A stretch of DNA of 64,000 bases, from NCBI GenBank assembly GCA_045606105.1, contig JAZURI010000007.1:50875-114874 (forward strand), written 5' to 3'. Each line of letters opens with the position of its first letter. Position 1 is the stretch's first letter. Origin of the DNA: Spirochaetia bacterium. GTDB taxonomy: Bacteria > Spirochaetota > Spirochaetia > CADAEX01. The position numbers and the translations under genes are program-made. Positions 8,750 to 22,136 of the stretch are shown here, one piece after another. The notes under the pieces were generated by a model. It saw only the letters and a list, made by a program, of their open reading frames with translations. It was not told the DNA's origin and did not search any database.

Positions 8750-11700
8750 ATGCTTGATAGAAAAAAAGCTATTAAGCGCCAATATGTAGGACGCGATTAT
8801 CATGAGGTTATGGAAGTACCGAATCTTATCGATATCCAGTTGTCCTCCTATGAGAACTTTTTACAGCTTGATAAGATCAGAAAGGGTGAGAAGCTTGAGC
8901 TCAAGGGTCTGGAAGATGTTTTCCGGAGTGTTTTCCCTATAGAGAGCCAGGACGGAACAATGACTCTTCACTACGAGAACTATATTCTCGACGAAAAAAG
9001 TATCAAGCTTGATGAATTTGGGTGCAAGCAGAAAGGTGCTACCTATTCAATCCCTCTGAAAGCCAGAATCAGTCTCGAGAAAAGAGGCGGTATAGAAGAC
9101 GGCGTTTTACAAGAGAAAGTTATTTACATCGGCGATATCCCGCTGATGACAGATAGAGGAACTTTTATCATCAACGGTGCGGAAAGAGTTGTTGTCAGCC
9201 AGATCCACAGAGCACCGGGTGTAGTTTTTTCCGATGAGAAGGGTGTATATTCTTCAAGAATCATCCCTTACAGAGGTTCATGGCTTGAGTTCGAGATCGA
9301 GAAAAAGAAAGAGCATATCTATGCCAGAATCGACAGGAAGAAAAGGATCCTCGGTACAATTTTCCTCAGAGCCCTGGGGTTTGAGACCAGAGAAGAGATC
9401 ATAAAGCTTTTCTACAAGACTGAAAAAGTCAAGATTTATACAAAATCAGCAAAAAACGAACATTTGGAAGGCAAGGTACTTGCCAAGGCTATATACACAA
9501 AAGAAGAGGATGAAAACGGCAAGAAGAGGAAGCTCTACAGGGCAGGAGAGAAAGTAAAGCTTCATGATATCGACGAGCTCAAGCAGCTTGGTTTCAATGA
9601 AATCGAAATCATCGATTTCGAACATGAAGATTCACTTGATTCCACAATGATTCTCAAGTGCTTTGAATGGGAAGACCTGAAATACATAAACGATGAATCA
9701 GGTTCCGACGAGCTTACAAAGGACGAAGCCCTCAACATCGTATACTCAGTTCTCATGCCGGGCGAGCCTATGACTGTGGAAAATGCAGCCAAGGACCTCA
9801 ATGCCATGTTCTTCTCAACCAGAAGATACGATCTCGGAAAGGTGGGCCGCTACAAGCTCAACATGAAGTACAAGAAGCCTTCCGACATTGCAGACGGACA
9901 GAACAACGACGGCAGGATTGACGATTCCGGTGAATCCGTTCTTACAAAAAACGACATCATCGAGACAATGAAGTTCCTTATCAATGTCTTTATCGGCAAG
10001 GAAAAGTTTGATGATATCGACCATCTCGGAAACAGACGCGTAAGATCTGTAGGCGAGCTTCTGGCCAACCAGCTGAAGGTTGCTTTCACAAGAATGGAGA
10101 GAATTGCCAAGGAGAGAATGTCCCTGAAGGATACAGACACAATCAGACCTCAGGATCTTATCTCCATCAAGCCTATCGGAGCTGCAGTCAAGGAATTCTT
10201 CGGTTCCAGCCAGCTTTCACAGTTCATGGATCAGGTAAACCCTCTTTCCGAGCTTACACATAAAAGAAGACTCAACGCTCTCGGTCCGGGAGGTCTTTCA
10301 AGAGACAGGGCAGGATTCGAGGTCAGAGACGTTCACTTCACACACTACGGAAGAATGTGTCCTATCGAGACTCCTGAAGGTCCGAACATCGGTCTTATCG
10401 TTTCCCTTGCCAACTATACCAAGGTAAATGATTACGGTTTCCTTGAGACACCTTACAGAAAGGTCATAAACGGAAAGGCAACAAAAGAGGTTCAGTATCT
10501 CAATGCCATGGAAGAGGAAAAATTTGTCATTGCCCAGGCCAACGCCCCTCTCAACGAGGACGGAAGCTTTGTCAACGACCAGGTTTCCATCAGGAAGGCC
10601 GGCGACTATTCCGCAAGATCTCCTGAAGAAATCAGATACATGGACGTATCTCCTAAGCAGGTAATTTCCGTATCAACCTCCCTGGTTCCTTTCATCGAGC
10701 ATGACGATGCCAACAGAGCTCTCATGGGTTCCAACATGATGAGACAGGCTGTTCCGCTTCTTTTCCCTGAAGCACCAATTATCGGTACAGGTATGGAGGG
10801 AAGGACTGCTTATGACTCCGGAGTTGTGGTAAAGGCAAAGAGACCGGGAACTGTTTCCTATGTTTCCTCCACAAGAATTGAGATTACTCCTGAAGAGGCA
10901 TCTGAAGAAAGAGATCTGTACAGACTTCAGAAATACCAGAGAACAAACCAGGATACATGCTTTTCACAGCGCCCTGTGGTTTCTCTCGGTGAAAAGGTTG
11001 AAGCCGGCGAGGTAATTGCCGACGGACCTGCTACAGACAACGGAGAACTGGCTCTCGGAAGAAACGTTCTGGTAGGATTCATTCCATGGAACGGATACAA
11101 CTACGAGGATGCTATCCTGATTTCCGAAAAGGTAGTAAAGGAAGATATTTTTACTTCCATTCATATAAAAGAGCTTGCAGTAGAGATCCGCGAAACAAAG
11201 CTGGGTCCTGAAAAGCTTACAAGAGATGTTCCTAATACAAGTGAGAAGGCTCTTGAAAACCTGGATGAGGAAGGTATCATCAGAATCGGCTCCAGTGTCG
11301 ATTCCAACGATATTCTGGTAGGAAAGGTAACTCCTAAGTCCGAAACAGAAACCACACCTGAATTCAGGCTTCTCAATTCCATCTTCGGTGAAAAATCCAA
11401 GGATGTAAGAGATACTTCCCTCAGGGTTCCGCACGGAACAAGCGGTATCGTTATTGATATCCAGCGTCTCAAGAGATCCGAGGGTGATGATCTCAGCCCG
11501 GGTGTCGAAGAGGTGGTGAAGATTCTCGTTGCAACAAAGAGAAAGCTCCGCGAAGGAGACAAGATGGCAGGACGCCACGGAAACAAGGGTGTTGTTTCCA
11601 GAATCCTTCCTGAAGAGGATATGCCGTTCCTGGCAGACGGTACCCCTATGGATATCTGTCTTAACCCTCTCGGTGTACCTTCCCGTATGAACCTGGGACA

Positions 11701-12301
11701 GCTCATGGAGGCCAGCCTCGGACTTGCAGGATGGGCTCTTGATGAAAAATATGCGGTACCTGTATTCCAGTCCGCAACCCATGAGATGATTTCCGAAAAA
11801 CTGAAGCAGGGCGGAATGCCTGAGAACTCAAAGGCAATCCTTTACGACGGTCTCACAGGCGAGCCGTTTGAAAACCCTCTCATGATCGGATGTGTATATA
11901 TGCTCAAGCTCCATCACCTTGTTGATGACAAGATGCATGCCCGTTCAACCGGTCCTTACTCACTGGTTACTCAGCAGCCTCTCGGAGGAAAGGCCCAGTT
12001 CGGTGGTCAGCGTCTCGGAGAAATGGAGGTATGGGCACTGGAGGCTTACGGTGCAGCCAACACACTGCAGGAGTTCCTTACAATCAAGTCTGACGACATG
12101 AACGGAAGAACAAAGACCTATGAAAATATCGTCAAGGGAGAACCGACTACACAGGCCGGTGTTCCTGAATCCTTCAACGTTCTCGTACAGGAGCTCAGAG
12201 GTCTTGCACTTGACATGTCTATCTGGGACGACAGGGAAAGACAGATTCCTCTTACCGAAAAGGATGAGGAAATTATCAATCAGCAGGGAACCAATTTTTA
12301 A
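8750..12301 (+). CDS. rpoB: RNA polymerase beta subunit
   Basis: [38 protein letters not shown]. Confidence 0.99.
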   Translation: MLDRKKAIKRQYVGRDYHEVMEVPNLIDIQLSSYENFLQLDKIRKGEKLELKGLEDVFRSVFPIESQDGTMTLHYENYILDEKSIKLDEFGCKQKGATYSIPLKARISLEKRGGIEDGVLQEKVIYIGDIPLMTDRGTFIINGAERVVVSQIHRAPGVVFSDEKGVYSSRIIPYRGSWLEFEIEKKKEHIYARIDRKKRILGTIFLRALGFETREEIIKLFYKTEKVKIYTKSAKNEHLEGKVLAKAIYTKEEDENGKKRKLYRAGEKVKLHDIDELKQLGFNEIEIIDFEHEDSLDSTMILKCFEWEDLKYINDESGSDELTKDEALNIVYSVLMPGEPMTVENAAKDLNAMFFSTRRYDLGKVGRYKLNMKYKKPSDIADGQNNDGRIDDSGESVLTKNDIIETMKFLINVFIGKEKFDDIDHLGNRRVRSVGELLANQLKVAFTRMERIAKERMSLKDTDTIRPQDLISIKPIGAAVKEFFGSSQLSQFMDQVNPLSELTHKRRLNALGPGGLSRDRAGFEVRDVHFTHYGRMCPIETPEGPNIGLIVSLANYTKVNDYGFLETPYRKVINGKATKEVQYLNAMEEEKFVIAQANAPLNEDGSFVNDQVSIRKAGDYSARSPEEIRYMDVSPKQVISVSTSLVPFIEHDDANRALMGSNMMRQAVPLLFPEAPIIGTGMEGRTAYDSGVVVKAKRPGTVSYVSSTRIEITPEEASEERDLYRLQKYQRTNQDTCFSQRPVVSLGEKVEAGEVIADGPATDNGELALGRNVLVGFIPWNGYNYEDAILISEKVVKEDIFTSIHIKELAVEIRETKLGPEKLTRDVPNTSEKALENLDEEGIIRIGSSVDSNDILVGKVTPKSETETTPEFRLLNSIFGEKSKDVRDTSLRVPHGTSGIVIDIQRLKRSEGDDLSPGVEEVVKILVATKRKLREGDKMAGRHGNKGVVSRILPEEDMPFLADGTPMDICLNPLGVPSRMNLGQLMEASLGLAGWALDEKYAVPVFQSATHEMISEKLKQGGMPENSKAILYDGLTGEPFENPLMIGCVYMLKLHHLVDDKMHARSTGPYSLVTQQPLGGKAQFGGQRLGEMEVWALEAYGAANTLQEFLTIKSDDMNGRTKTYENIVKGEPTTQAGVPESFNVLVQELRGLALDMSIWDDRERQIPLTEKDEEIINQQGTNF

Positions 12302-12315
12302 CGGAGTGGATGTTT

Positions 12316-15300
12316 ATGATTAAAGATATGAATAATTTTGATAAGATTCTGATTAAACTTGCTTCTCCGGAGCTGATAAGAAAATGGTCATACGGTGAAG
12401 TAAAGAAGCCGGAAACTATAAACTACAGAACACTCCGTCCGGAAAGAGACGGTCTCTTCTGCGAGAAGATTTTCGGAACCACAAAGGAATGGGAATGCTA
12501 CTGCGGAAAGTTCAAGTCTATCCGTTACAAGGGTGTTGTCTGTGACCGCTGTGGTGTAGAGGTTACACATTTCAAGGTCAGAAGAGAGAGAATGGGACAT
12601 ATCGAGCTTGCTTCTCCTGTTTCCCATATCTGGTACTACAAATCCGTTCCTTCAAGAATGGGAGTTCTTCTCGATCTTACAGTAGCTGCCCTCAGATCCG
12701 TACTTTACTATGAAAAGTACATTGTAATCGACGAGGGTGATACAGACCTCAAGAAAATGCAGCTTCTTTCAGAGGATGAATACAATGATGCCCAGGAGCT
12801 CTACGGCCAGAGATTTACTGCCGGTATGGGAGCCGAGGCAATAAGAACACTTCTCGAAGGACTTGACCTCAACGCGCTGGCAGATGAGCTTCGTGCAAAG
12901 ATGGCCGGAAAAGGGGCAAAGGCTGACAAGAAATTCCTCAACAGACTGGAAATTGTTGAGCATTTCAGGGACTCCGGAAACAAGCCTGAATGGATGATCC
13001 TGAGTGTTATTCCTGTAATTCCGCCTGAGCTTCGTCCTATGGTACAGCTGGAGGGAGGCCGTTTCGCCACATCAGACCTTAACGATCTCTACAGGAGAGT
13101 CATCAACAGAAACAACAGACTCAAGAGACTCCAGGGACTTCTTGCTCCGGATATTATCATCAGGAACGAAAAGAGAATGCTCCAGGAAGCTGTTGATGCC
13201 CTTTTCGATAACTCAAAGAAGAAAAAGGTGGTAAAGGGCTCTGCAAACAGACCTCTTAAATCACTTTCCGACATGCTTAAAGGTAAGCAGGGACGTTTCC
13301 GTCAGAACCTGCTGGGTAAGAGAGTTGACTATTCAGGCCGTTCCGTAATCGTGGTAGGACCTGAACTTAAGCTCCATCAGTGCGGTCTTCCTGCAAAGAT
13401 GGCTCTTGAGCTCTACAAGCCGTTCATTATCAAGAAGCTTGTTGAAAAGGAAATAGTATATAACATAAAGAAAGCCAAGACCCTTGTGGAAGAAGAGGCT
13501 GAAGAGGTATGGGGAGTACTTGACGAGGTAGTCAAGGAGCATCCGGTACTTCTGAACCGTGCCCCTACACTCCATCGTCTCGGTATCCAGGCCTTTGAGC
13601 CGGTACTGGTTCAGGGAAAGGCTATCAAGCTGCATCCTCTTGCATGTCATGCTTACAACGCTGACTTCGACGGAGACCAGATGGCTGTCCATCTTCCTCT
13701 TACCCAGGCTGCACAGATTGAGTGCTGGACTCTCATGATGTCCATCAACAACCTTCTGAACCCTGCAAACGGTATGCCTGTGGTATTCCCGTCACTTGAT
13801 ATGGTACTCGGTATCCACCAGCTTACCTCCATCAAGCCTAATGCAAAGGGAACAGGAAAGTATTTTACCTCATTTGATGAAGTTCTCATGGCTCTTGATG
13901 CAAAATCGGTAGAGTATCAGGCCCTGATCAACATCAAGATTGACGGAAAATATATCGAAACCACACCGGGCCGTCTTATTTTCAACGAGCGTCTCCCTAA
14001 GGAAGTGGGTTATCTCAACAAGACAGTAAGGGACAGTAACGGAAAGGTTATCAGCGAGGGCTACAAGGATAAGGAAATCAAGAAGCTTATCTTTGACTGC
14101 TACAAGGAGCACGGACCTGCAGTTACGGTTCAGTTCCTGGACGAGGTAAAGGCTCTCGGATTCAAATATGCAACAAAATTCGGTTCTACAATCAGTATGG
14201 CCGATATTCTCGTTCCTCCTGAAAAGAAGGATATCATCGAAAAATCCAACAAGGAAGTGGAAGATATCTACAAGCAGTACAATGACGGTGCAATCACTCA
14301 GGAAGAGCGTTACAACAAGGTTAAGGATATCTGGGGTAAAACCACAGAGGAACTTACAGACGTACTTATAGAAAGACTCAGGGAAGACAGACAGGGCTTC
14401 AACCCGGTTCACCTGATGACAAACTCAGGAGCCAGAGGTAGCCGTGCCCAGCTTCGTCAGCTGGCTGCAATGAGAGGTCTCATGCAGAAGCCTTCCGGAG
14501 AAATCATTGAGCTTCCTATCAAGTCAAACTTCAAGGAAGGACTTTCCATCATCGAGTTCTTCATCTCCACCAGCGGTGCAAGAAAGGGTCTTACCGATAC
14601 AGCCCTCAAGACAGCAAATGCCGGTTACCTTACAAGACGTCTCGTCGATATCGCACAGGATGTGGTAATCAATGAAGATGACTGCGGTACAATCAACGGC
14701 AATGTAATCAGCGCCCTGAAGAAAGGAGACGAAGTAATTGAATCCCTCGCAAACAGAATTGTGGGAAGATTCACTCTCGAAAGGGTAAAGCATCCTATTA
14801 CAGGTGAAATCATCATTGATGTAAACAAGGAGATCACAGAGGATAAGGCAAAGGAAATCGAAGATGCCGGAATCGAATCTGTAAGGATCAGAAGTGTACT
14901 CACCTGCGGTGCAAGATTCGGAGTCTGCAGAAAATGCTACGGAAGAAACCTTGCAAACAACAGAACTGTAGAAATCGGTGAAGCTGTAGGAATTATCGCT
15001 GCCCAGTCAATCGGTCAGCCTGGTACACAGCTTACAATGAGAACCTTCCATATCGGTGGTGCTGCACAGAAGGCAGGTGAGGACAACAGAGTCTGCCTGA
15101 AATACGATGTATATATAAGGAAGGTAAGTGGTAATACAGTCAAGCTTGAAAACGGAGATGTTCTCTTTACAAGAAAGGGAAGTCTTATCGTAAATAAAAT
15201 TCTTATTGCCAGAGAACTGCGTGACGGTGATAAGCTCCTGGTTGAAGACGGACAGATGGTTATTCCGAATACACCTCTTATTCAGCGCGGCAAAGAGACA

Positions 15301-16584
15301 ATATGTGCAACCAACAAGGCATATATCCATGTATTCGGCAATCAGCTCCTGTCATTGGCACATGAACAGAAGATCGAGATCAAAAACGGTTCTGAGCTGT
15401 TGAAAAATGAAGACACCTGTGTACCTGCAGGGGAGACAATAGCTAAGTTTGATCCGTTCTCTGAGCCTATCATTGCCGAATACAGCGGAACAATCAAATT
15501 CTCGGATATTATCCTCAATTCCACATTGAAAGAAGAAATCAATGCAGATACAGGAAATACAGAGAAGAAGATTCTTGACGGAGCTTCGGAGTCACTTCAG
15601 CCACGTATCACCATTGTTGATAAGAAAGGGACAGAACTTGCGGTTTATTACCTGCCGGGCGGAGCCTATCTCCAGGTTGAAGACGGCGACAAGGTAAAGG
15701 CAGGAAAAATGCTTGCCAAGCTGCTTAAGGAAAGCATCAAGTCATCCGGAGACATCACCGGAGGTCTTCCTAGAGTTGAAGAGCTTTTTGAGGCAAGAAT
15801 TCCGAAAAACCCTGCTGTTCTGGCTCAGATTACCGGATTGGTAAAGTTCGGTCAGCTCAGCAAAGGCAAGAGAACAATCATTGTTACAGATGACAGAGGC
15901 AGGGAGTTCAAGCATCTTGTTCCTCTCAGCAAGCATCTTCTCGTAAGGGACGGTGACCTTGTGGAGGCAGGAGACGAACTGTGTGAAGGAGAAAAGGATC
16001 TCCATGACATTCTCGATATCCTGGGAGAAAATGCTCTCCAGTCATACCTTATGAATGAGGTTCAGGCTGTGTACAGGAATCAGGGTGTAGGAATCAATGA
16101 CAAGCACCTGGGAGTTATCATCCACCAGATGATGCGCAAGGTTGAGATTGTCCATGTCGGCGATACAAAATTTATCCAGGGTCATTATGAAGACAAGTTC
16201 TCTTTCCAGAAGGAAAATGAGCGTGTTATCGCCGAAGGTGGTGAACCTGCCATTGCAAAACCTCTGCTTCTCGGTATAACAAAGGCAGCTACTACAGTAG
16301 ATTCATTCCTTTCTGCAGCTTCATTCCAGGAAACCACAAAGGTTCTTACAAATGCAGCTATTGCAGGAAAATCCGACTACCTCAGAGGTCTCAAGGAAAA
16401 CCTCCTTATCGGACATCTGATTCCGGCCGGAACAGGAAACAAGACCTACCGGAAGATCAAGCTGTATGATGACCAGAATGAAGATCTGGATGTTACAGTT
16501 CAGAATATCATCGAGGCCAGGAAAAGAGCTGAACAGGAAGCAGCTGAAAAAACTCAGGTACAGCTGCCTGTGGAAGAGCTTTGA
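12316..16584 (+). CDS. rpoC: RNA polymerase beta' subunit (start may be 12310 or 12316)
   Basis: [31 protein letters not shown]. Confidence 0.99.
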   Translation: MIKDMNNFDKILIKLASPELIRKWSYGEVKKPETINYRTLRPERDGLFCEKIFGTTKEWECYCGKFKSIRYKGVVCDRCGVEVTHFKVRRERMGHIELASPVSHIWYYKSVPSRMGVLLDLTVAALRSVLYYEKYIVIDEGDTDLKKMQLLSEDEYNDAQELYGQRFTAGMGAEAIRTLLEGLDLNALADELRAKMAGKGAKADKKFLNRLEIVEHFRDSGNKPEWMILSVIPVIPPELRPMVQLEGGRFATSDLNDLYRRVINRNNRLKRLQGLLAPDIIIRNEKRMLQEAVDALFDNSKKKKVVKGSANRPLKSLSDMLKGKQGRFRQNLLGKRVDYSGRSVIVVGPELKLHQCGLPAKMALELYKPFIIKKLVEKEIVYNIKKAKTLVEEEAEEVWGVLDEVVKEHPVLLNRAPTLHRLGIQAFEPVLVQGKAIKLHPLACHAYNADFDGDQMAVHLPLTQAAQIECWTLMMSINNLLNPANGMPVVFPSLDMVLGIHQLTSIKPNAKGTGKYFTSFDEVLMALDAKSVEYQALINIKIDGKYIETTPGRLIFNERLPKEVGYLNKTVRDSNGKVISEGYKDKEIKKLIFDCYKEHGPAVTVQFLDEVKALGFKYATKFGSTISMADILVPPEKKDIIEKSNKEVEDIYKQYNDGAITQEERYNKVKDIWGKTTEELTDVLIERLREDRQGFNPVHLMTNSGARGSRAQLRQLAAMRGLMQKPSGEIIELPIKSNFKEGLSIIEFFISTSGARKGLTDTALKTANAGYLTRRLVDIAQDVVINEDDCGTINGNVISALKKGDEVIESLANRIVGRFTLERVKHPITGEIIIDVNKEITEDKAKEIEDAGIESVRIRSVLTCGARFGVCRKCYGRNLANNRTVEIGEAVGIIAAQSIGQPGTQLTMRTFHIGGAAQKAGEDNRVCLKYDVYIRKVSGNTVKLENGDVLFTRKGSLIVNKILIARELRDGDKLLVEDGQMVIPNTPLIQRGKETICATNKAYIHVFGNQLLSLAHEQKIEIKNGSELLKNEDTCVPAGETIAKFDPFSEPIIAEYSGTIKFSDIILNSTLKEEINADTGNTEKKILDGASESLQPRITIVDKKGTELAVYYLPGGAYLQVEDGDKVKAGKMLAKLLKESIKSSGDITGGLPRVEELFEARIPKNPAVLAQITGLVKFGQLSKGKRTIIVTDDRGREFKHLVPLSKHLLVRDGDLVEAGDELCEGEKDLHDILDILGENALQSYLMNEVQAVYRNQGVGINDKHLGVIIHQMMRKVEIVHVGDTKFIQGHYEDKFSFQKENERVIAEGGEPAIAKPLLLGITKAATTVDSFLSAASFQETTKVLTNAAIAGKSDYLRGLKENLLIGHLIPAGTGNKTYRKIKLYDDQNEDLDVTVQNIIEARKRAEQEAAEKTQVQLPVEEL

Positions 16585-16614
16585 TAAAACTATTGTGGGG
16601 TATTTTTGCCCCAC

Positions 16615-16643
16615 TTGACTTTTTTCGGATGGATTGTTAATCT
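16615..16643 (+). promoter_or_regulatory. sigma70-type promoter of rpsL
   Basis: TTGACT-17 nt-TAATCT with TG extension, directly after a GTGGGG/CCCCAC hairpin downstream of rpoC. Confidence 0.65.
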
Positions 16644-16689
16644 AAAGTTCGGAAAATAACGAAATTATATATAGGAGAATTGTTGCTAA

Positions 16690-17064
16690 ATGCCTACAAT
16701 AAATCAGTTAATCAGAAAAGGCAGAAAGACGGTTAATAAAAAGACCAAGTCCCCTGCTCTTGAAAGCTGTCCTCAGAAAAGAGGCGTATGTACAAGAGTT
16801 ATGACTGTAACACCTAAAAAGCCTAACTCAGCTTTGAGAAAAGTTGCCAGAGTAAGACTTTCCAATGGTATCGAAGTTACAGCTTATATCCCTGGTATCG
16901 GACATAACCTGCAGGAACACTCCGTTATCCTCCTGAGAGGCGGTAGAGTAAAGGACCTTCCTGGAGTTAGATATCACATCATCAGAGGTGCTAAAGATAC
17001 TCTCGGTGTTGAAGACAGAAAAAGATCACGTTCTAAGTACGGAACAAAGAAACCAAAGGCTTGA
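16690..17064 (+). CDS. rpsL: 30S ribosomal protein S12
   Basis: [24 protein letters not shown]. Confidence 0.99.
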   Translation: MPTINQLIRKGRKTVNKKTKSPALESCPQKRGVCTRVMTVTPKKPNSALRKVARVRLSNGIEVTAYIPGIGHNLQEHSVILLRGGRVKDLPGVRYHIIRGAKDTLGVEDRKRSRSKYGTKKPKA

Positions 17065-17079
17065 TAAAAGGATTTATAG

Positions 17080-17550
17080 ATGTCTAGAAGAAGTGGTGCT
17101 ACAAAAAGGGATTTTATTCCGGATCCAAGATACGGAAGTACTGTTGTTGCAAAATTCATTACACGCATGATGTTTGACGGAAAGAAGTCAATCAGCACAA
17201 AAATCATGTACGATGCAATGGATTTTCTCGGAAGGAAAACTGATAAGGCTCCTATGGAAGCATTGGAAACAGCATTGGAAAATGTTAAACCTATGGTTGA
17301 AGTTAAATCAAGAAGAGTCGGCGGTTCAACATATCAGGTTCCGATGGAAATCAGAGAGTCAAGACGCGAGGCTCTTGCCATGAGATGGCTTATCCAGGCT
17401 TCAAGATCCAGAAACGGAAAAACAATGGGCGATAAGCTCGGTGCTGAGCTGCTTGATGCATTCAACTCAACAGGTACAGCATACAAGAAAAAAGAAGATA
17501 CTCATAAGATGGCAGAAGCCAACAAGGCATTCTCCCATTACAGATGGTAA
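17080..17550 (+). CDS. rpsG: 30S ribosomal protein S7
   Basis: [24 protein letters not shown]. Confidence 0.99.
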   Translation: MSRRSGATKRDFIPDPRYGSTVVAKFITRMMFDGKKSISTKIMYDAMDFLGRKTDKAPMEALETALENVKPMVEVKSRRVGGSTYQVPMEIRESRREALAMRWLIQASRSRNGKTMGDKLGAELLDAFNSTGTAYKKKEDTHKMAEANKAFSHYRW

Positions 17551-17564
17551 ATTATTGATTTTCT

Positions 17565-17816
17565 CACAGTTGGTCTTGTCAAAAAAGACCGATTGTGTTA
17601 AAACATTAATAATATGGTCGCTTTGTGGAGCGACTATTATGCATTTGGTTGATCCAAACCAATTGCTCAAAACTATTGAATGATAGTTGACGAGTGGTAA
17701 GGTGGTGAACCGCTTCTAATTTATTGCTTTTGTTATTAGCGTCGTTCATCATTATTACACCTCAAAATCAAAACAACTGTTTTCTGTTCGTGGTCAGGTG
17801 AATCTGCCGACAGAAA
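17565..17816 (+). ncRNA. Candidate structured RNA (six consecutive hairpins) in the rpsG-tuf spacer
   Basis: Stems at 17565-17597, 17614-17637, 17641-17666, 17671-17688, 17701-17753 and 17781-17816, with several G-U pairs on the + strand. Confidence 0.5.
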
Positions 17817-17856
17817 CCGGAATTATAGTTTTATTTATCTTTAAGGAGGAAAACTA

Positions 17857-19041
17857 ATGGCAAAAGAGAAGTTTGAAAGGTCAAAACCCCACATTAATGT
17901 CGGAACAATCGGACACGTAGACCACGGTAAGACCACACTCACAGCAGCGATTTCCATGTACTGTGCTGCAAAACAGGGTGGAAAAATAATGAATTACGAT
18001 GATATCGATAATGCACCGGAAGAAAAGGCTAGAGGTATCACCATCAATACAAGACACATCGAGTACGAATCAGCAAACAGACACTACGCTCATGTAGACT
18101 GTCCGGGCCATGCTGACTATGTTAAGAACATGATCACAGGTGCTGCACAGATGGACGGTGCTATTATCCTTTGTGCTGCAGACTCCGGTCCTGAACCACA
18201 GACAAGAGAGCACATCCTTCTTGCAAGACAGGTAGGTGTTCCAAAACTTATCGTATTCCTTAACAAGATGGACCTTGCTGACCCAGAACTCGTAGACCTC
18301 GTAGAAATGGAAGTTCAGGAACTCCTCGAAAAGTATGATTTCGATCCAGAATGTCCTATTATCAGAGGATCCGCTTTCGAAGCTATGTCAAACCCATCAG
18401 ATCCTGAAAAGACAAAATGTATCCAGGAGCTCCTCGATGCAATGGACACATACTTCCCTGTTCCTGAAAGAGCTATCGACAAGCCTTTCCTTATGCCTGT
18501 TGAGGATATCTTCTCTATTTCAGGTAGAGGTACAGTAGCTACAGGTAGAATCGAAAGAGGTATCATCAAGGTTGGTGATGAAATCGAAATCGTAGGTATC
18601 AGAGAAACAAAGAAGTCTGTTGTAACAGGTGTTGAAATGTTCAACAAGACAATGGATCAGGGAGAAGCAGGAGACAACGTAGGTATCCTCCTCAGAGGTG
18701 TTGACAAGAAAGACATCGAAAGAGGACAGGTTGTCGCTAAGCCTGGTACAATTACTCCACATAAGAAGTTCAAGGGAACAATTTACTGCCTTACAAAGGA
18801 AGAAGGTGGACGTCACAACCCATTCTTCACAGGATACAGACCACAGTTCTATTTCAGAACAACTGATATCACAGGTACAGTAACACTTCCTGCAGACAAA
18901 CAGATGGTTATGCCTGGTGACAACGTAGAGCTTACTGTAGAGCTCATTTACCCAATCGCTATGGAGAAGGGACTTAGATTCGCTATCCGTGAGGGTGGTA
19001 AAACTGTAGCATCCGGCCAGGTAACTGAAGTTATCGAATAA
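17857..19041 (+). CDS. tuf: Elongation factor Tu
   Basis: [27 protein letters not shown]. Confidence 0.99.
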   Translation: MAKEKFERSKPHINVGTIGHVDHGKTTLTAAISMYCAAKQGGKIMNYDDIDNAPEEKARGITINTRHIEYESANRHYAHVDCPGHADYVKNMITGAAQMDGAIILCAADSGPEPQTREHILLARQVGVPKLIVFLNKMDLADPELVDLVEMEVQELLEKYDFDPECPIIRGSAFEAMSNPSDPEKTKCIQELLDAMDTYFPVPERAIDKPFLMPVEDIFSISGRGTVATGRIERGIIKVGDEIEIVGIRETKKSVVTGVEMFNKTMDQGEAGDNVGILLRGVDKKDIERGQVVAKPGTITPHKKFKGTIYCLTKEEGGRHNPFFTGYRPQFYFRTTDITGTVTLPADKQMVMPGDNVELTVELIYPIAMEKGLRFAIREGGKTVASGQVTEVIE

Positions 19042-19048
19042 TTGAATC

Positions 19049-19078
19049 GCCCTCCGTCAAGGCGGAGGGTAATTTTTT
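19049..19078 (+). terminator. Hairpin, probably a partial terminator between tuf and rpsJ
   Basis: CCCTCCGT-CAAG-GCGGAGGG followed by TAATTTTTT. Confidence 0.6.
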
Positions 19079-19093
19079 CAGGAGAAAGTAATA

Positions 19094-19402
19094 ATGGCTG
19101 AAGAAAGGATTAGAGTAAGGCTCAGGGGATTCGATATCGAACTCATTGATCAGAGTGCAAAATCAATTGTACAGACAGTTGTAAAAGCCGGTGCAAAAGT
19201 TGCCGGACCGATTCCGCTGCCTACAAAAATCAGTAAATATACTGTTCTTAAATCTCCGTTTGTAAACAAGAAGTCTAGAGAACAGTTTGAAATGAGAACT
19301 CACAAAAGATTGATTGATATTTATGAACCTACAGCACCGGTAATGGATGCACTCATGAAGCTTGAGCTCCCTGCAGGTGTAGATGTAGAAATTAAACAGT
19401 GA
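19094..19402 (+). CDS. rpsJ: 30S ribosomal protein S10
   Basis: [19 protein letters not shown]. Confidence 0.98.
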   Translation: MAEERIRVRLRGFDIELIDQSAKSIVQTVVKAGAKVAGPIPLPTKISKYTVLKSPFVNKKSREQFEMRTHKRLIDIYEPTAPVMDALMKLELPAGVDVEIKQ

Positions 19403-19418
19403 TTGGGGTGATGAGATT

Positions 19419-20036
19419 ATGATCGGGTTGATAGCAGAAAAAGTTGGAATGACTCAGGTATTTGATGAAAACGGAGTACTCACACCTGTTACAGTAGTTA
19501 AAGTTGACGAAAATACAGTTGTTGGCGAAAGAACAGCTGAGAAAAACGGATACAATGCAATTGTACTCGGATACGGCAATATCAAGAAAAACAAAGTTAC
19601 AAAGCCTTATGCGGGACAGTTTGCCGAAGGAATTGAACCTACAAAAAAACTTATTGAAATCCGTGACTACGAAATTGAATGCAAAGCCGGCGATAAGCTC
19701 GGCATCGAAGTTTTTGCCGATATTGATATGGTTGATGTAATCGGCACTTCCAAAGGTAAAGGATTCCAGGGTGTTATGAAACGTCACAATTTCGGTGGCG
19801 GTAGAGCGACACATGGTTCAAAATTCCACAGACAGAACGGTGGTATCGGTATGTCATCTACTCCTTCTAAAATTCTGAAGGGCCTTAAGATGGCGGGAAG
19901 AATGGGCAGTGACAGAGTAACTGTTCAGAATCTTAAAGTTGTTAAAGTTGACGCTGAAAAGAAAGTGATTCTTATTGCTGGAGCTGTTCCGGGTGCAGCA
20001 AAAAGTTTGGTACTTGTCAGAAAATCAATAAAGTAG
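19419..20036 (+). CDS. rplC: 50S ribosomal protein L3
   Basis: KVGMTQVF, SKGKGFQGVMKRH. Confidence 0.98.
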   Translation: MIGLIAEKVGMTQVFDENGVLTPVTVVKVDENTVVGERTAEKNGYNAIVLGYGNIKKNKVTKPYAGQFAEGIEPTKKLIEIRDYEIECKAGDKLGIEVFADIDMVDVIGTSKGKGFQGVMKRHNFGGGRATHGSKFHRQNGGIGMSSTPSKILKGLKMAGRMGSDRVTVQNLKVVKVDAEKKVILIAGAVPGAAKSLVLVRKSIK

Positions 20037-20052
20037 ACGAAGAGGAATAAAC

Positions 20053-20676
20053 ATGGAAGCTAAGGTCTTCTCAGTAAAAGGTGAAGAATTACGGACAATT
20101 GAACTTGATGACAATGTTTTTAAGTGCGAAATAAGTGACGGAACTATTTATTACGCAATCAATAATGAACTTGCCAATTTGAGAGTTGGATGTGCTTGTA
20201 CAAAGGGCAGATCCGAGGTTAGCGGAAGCACATCAAAGCCATGGAGCCAGAAGGGAACAGGCCGTGCCAGAGCTGGTCGCAAAAGAAGTCCGTTGTGGGT
20301 TGGCGGTGGAGTTGTATTTGGTCCAAAACCAAGAGATTACAGCTACAAAATGCCTAAAAAGATGAAAAGACTTGCAATGAAATCTATTCTCAGCATGAAA
20401 GTGCTCGAAAACAGATTTAAGATTGTAGAAGATTTTACTGTTGAAAGTGGAAAGACAAAGGACATAGTTTCAGTTCTTAAAAATCTTGTTCCTGCAGAAA
20501 GAACAGTTGTTATTCTGAAGGATGATGATGCCATGATCAAAAGAGCTGGAAGAAACCTCCCTTGGGTTTCATTTCTTTCATATAACAGATTAAGAGCACA
20601 TGATCTTTTCTACGGAAAGAACGTGCTTGCACTTGAAACTGCTGCTCTTGAACTGAACAATTTTTTCAAGGACTAA
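20053..20676 (+). CDS. rplD: 50S ribosomal protein L4
   Basis: KPWSQKGTGRARAG, GGGVVFGPKPR. Confidence 0.98.
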   Translation: MEAKVFSVKGEELRTIELDDNVFKCEISDGTIYYAINNELANLRVGCACTKGRSEVSGSTSKPWSQKGTGRARAGRKRSPLWVGGGVVFGPKPRDYSYKMPKKMKRLAMKSILSMKVLENRFKIVEDFTVESGKTKDIVSVLKNLVPAERTVVILKDDDAMIKRAGRNLPWVSFLSYNRLRAHDLFYGKNVLALETAALELNNFFKD

Positions 20677-20688
20677 GGGGTAGCATAT

Positions 20689-20991
20689 ATGGTATTAGAA
20701 AATATTCTTATTGAGCCTGTTGTTACAGAAAAAACTAACATCATGAGAGAAGAGAATGCAATGAAATATGCATTCAAGGTTCTTCCTGATGCAAACAAGC
20801 TCCAGATCATGGAAGCTGTTGAGAAGGTTTTCGGTGTTAAGCCTACCGCATGCAACGTACTGTGGGTTAAAGGCAAGAAAAAGACAACAAGAACAAGATC
20901 AGGCTACAGAATCGGTGAAAAATCATCATGGAAGAAAGCCATCGTAACACTGGCTCCTGGTGACAAGATAGATATGTTTGAAGGTGTGTAA
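20689..20991 (+). CDS. rplW: 50S ribosomal protein L23
   Basis: PVVTEK, WKKAIVTL. Confidence 0.97.
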   Translation: MVLENILIEPVVTEKTNIMREENAMKYAFKVLPDANKLQIMEAVEKVFGVKPTACNVLWVKGKKKTTRTRSGYRIGEKSSWKKAIVTLAPGDKIDMFEGV

Positions 20992-21007
20992 ATAAAGGGG
21001 CATATAG

Positions 21008-21832
21008 ATGGGCATTAAGAAATATAAACCTATTACACCGGGTTTGCGTTTTAAAGCAACACTTGATTTTTCAGAACTTACAACAGACAAGCCTGAGAAA
21101 TCACTTACATCCGGCTTTGCTGGCAAGGCCGGTAGAGGTGCTTCCGGCAGAATCAGCGTAAGACGCAGAGGCGGCGGACACAAAAGAAGATACAGAGTTA
21201 TCGATTTCAGACGCGACAAGTACGGCGTTCCTGGAAAGGTAGCTACAATTGAATATGATCCAAACAGAAGCGCTAACATCGCTCTTATCAACTATGCTGA
21301 CGGAGAAAAGAGATATATTCTTGCTCCTAAAGGACTTGCATGCGGAGATACAGTACAGAGCGGAAGCACAGCTCCTATCAAGGTAGGAAACGCACTTCCA
21401 CTTGAAAACATCCCACTCGGTGTTGCAATCCACAACGTAGAGCTTGTTTACGGAAAGGGCGGACAGCTTGTAAGATCAGCCGGAATGAGTGCTCTGGTTG
21501 TAGCCAAAGAGGGTGACTATGTAACACTCAGACTTCCTTCTTCGGAAATGAGAATGGTATTCAAGAAATGTATTGCCACAATCGGAGAAGTAGGAAACGA
21601 AGAGCACATGAACATCTCTCTCGGTAAGGCCGGAAGAAGCAGATGGCTGGGTAGAAGACCAAAGGTAAGAGGTGTTGTAATGAACCCTGTTGACCATCCA
21701 CACGGAGGTGGTGAAGGTAAGACAGCATCCGGTCGTAATCCTGTTACACCATGGGGTCTTCCTACTAAGGGTTACAAGACCAGAAAGAAGAGAAAGCTTT
21801 CCGGTAAATTTATAGTAAACAGACGTAAGTAG
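21008..21832 (+). CDS. rplB: 50S ribosomal protein L2
   Basis: [22 protein letters not shown]. Confidence 0.99.
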   Translation: MGIKKYKPITPGLRFKATLDFSELTTDKPEKSLTSGFAGKAGRGASGRISVRRRGGGHKRRYRVIDFRRDKYGVPGKVATIEYDPNRSANIALINYADGEKRYILAPKGLACGDTVQSGSTAPIKVGNALPLENIPLGVAIHNVELVYGKGGQLVRSAGMSALVVAKEGDYVTLRLPSSEMRMVFKKCIATIGEVGNEEHMNISLGKAGRSRWLGRRPKVRGVVMNPVDHPHGGGEGKTASGRNPVTPWGLPTKGYKTRKKRKLSGKFIVNRRK

Positions 21833-21841
21833 GAGTAAGTT

Positions 21842-22114
21842 GTGTCTAGATCAATAAAAAAAGGACCATTCATTGAGAAGAAACTCTATAAGTTGGTTGA
21901 AAATGGAAAATCATCTGACAAGAAGATGATCAAGACATATTCCAGATGTTCAACTATCATTCCTGAAATGGTTGGTTTTACAGTATCGGTTTACAATGGA
22001 AAAACATGGGTTCCTGTTTATGTAACAGAAAACCTTGTTGGTCATAAACTTGGAGAATTCTCCCCTACAAGAATCTACCGGGGACATTCTTCCGATAGTA
22101 AAGCAAAGAAATAA
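21842..22114 (+). CDS. rpsS: 30S ribosomal protein S19 (GTG start)
   Basis: [20 protein letters not shown]. Confidence 0.98.
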   Translation: MSRSIKKGPFIEKKLYKLVENGKSSDKKMIKTYSRCSTIIPEMVGFTVSVYNGKTWVPVYVTENLVGHKLGEFSPTRIYRGHSSDSKAKK

Positions 22115-22136
22115 GCGGCTGTGGAGATAGATTGAT

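Noticed and set aside
15061-15750. About 230-residue insertion in the RpoC trigger loop
   Set aside because: Corresponds to the known lineage-specific SI3-type insertion; no intein motifs seen
17551-17856. Absence of fusA from the str operon, and the 80-aa ORF 17441-17683
   Set aside because: fusA is displaced in several spirochaete lineages, so its absence is not novel; the ORF overlaps rpsG out of frame and shows no EF-G similarity
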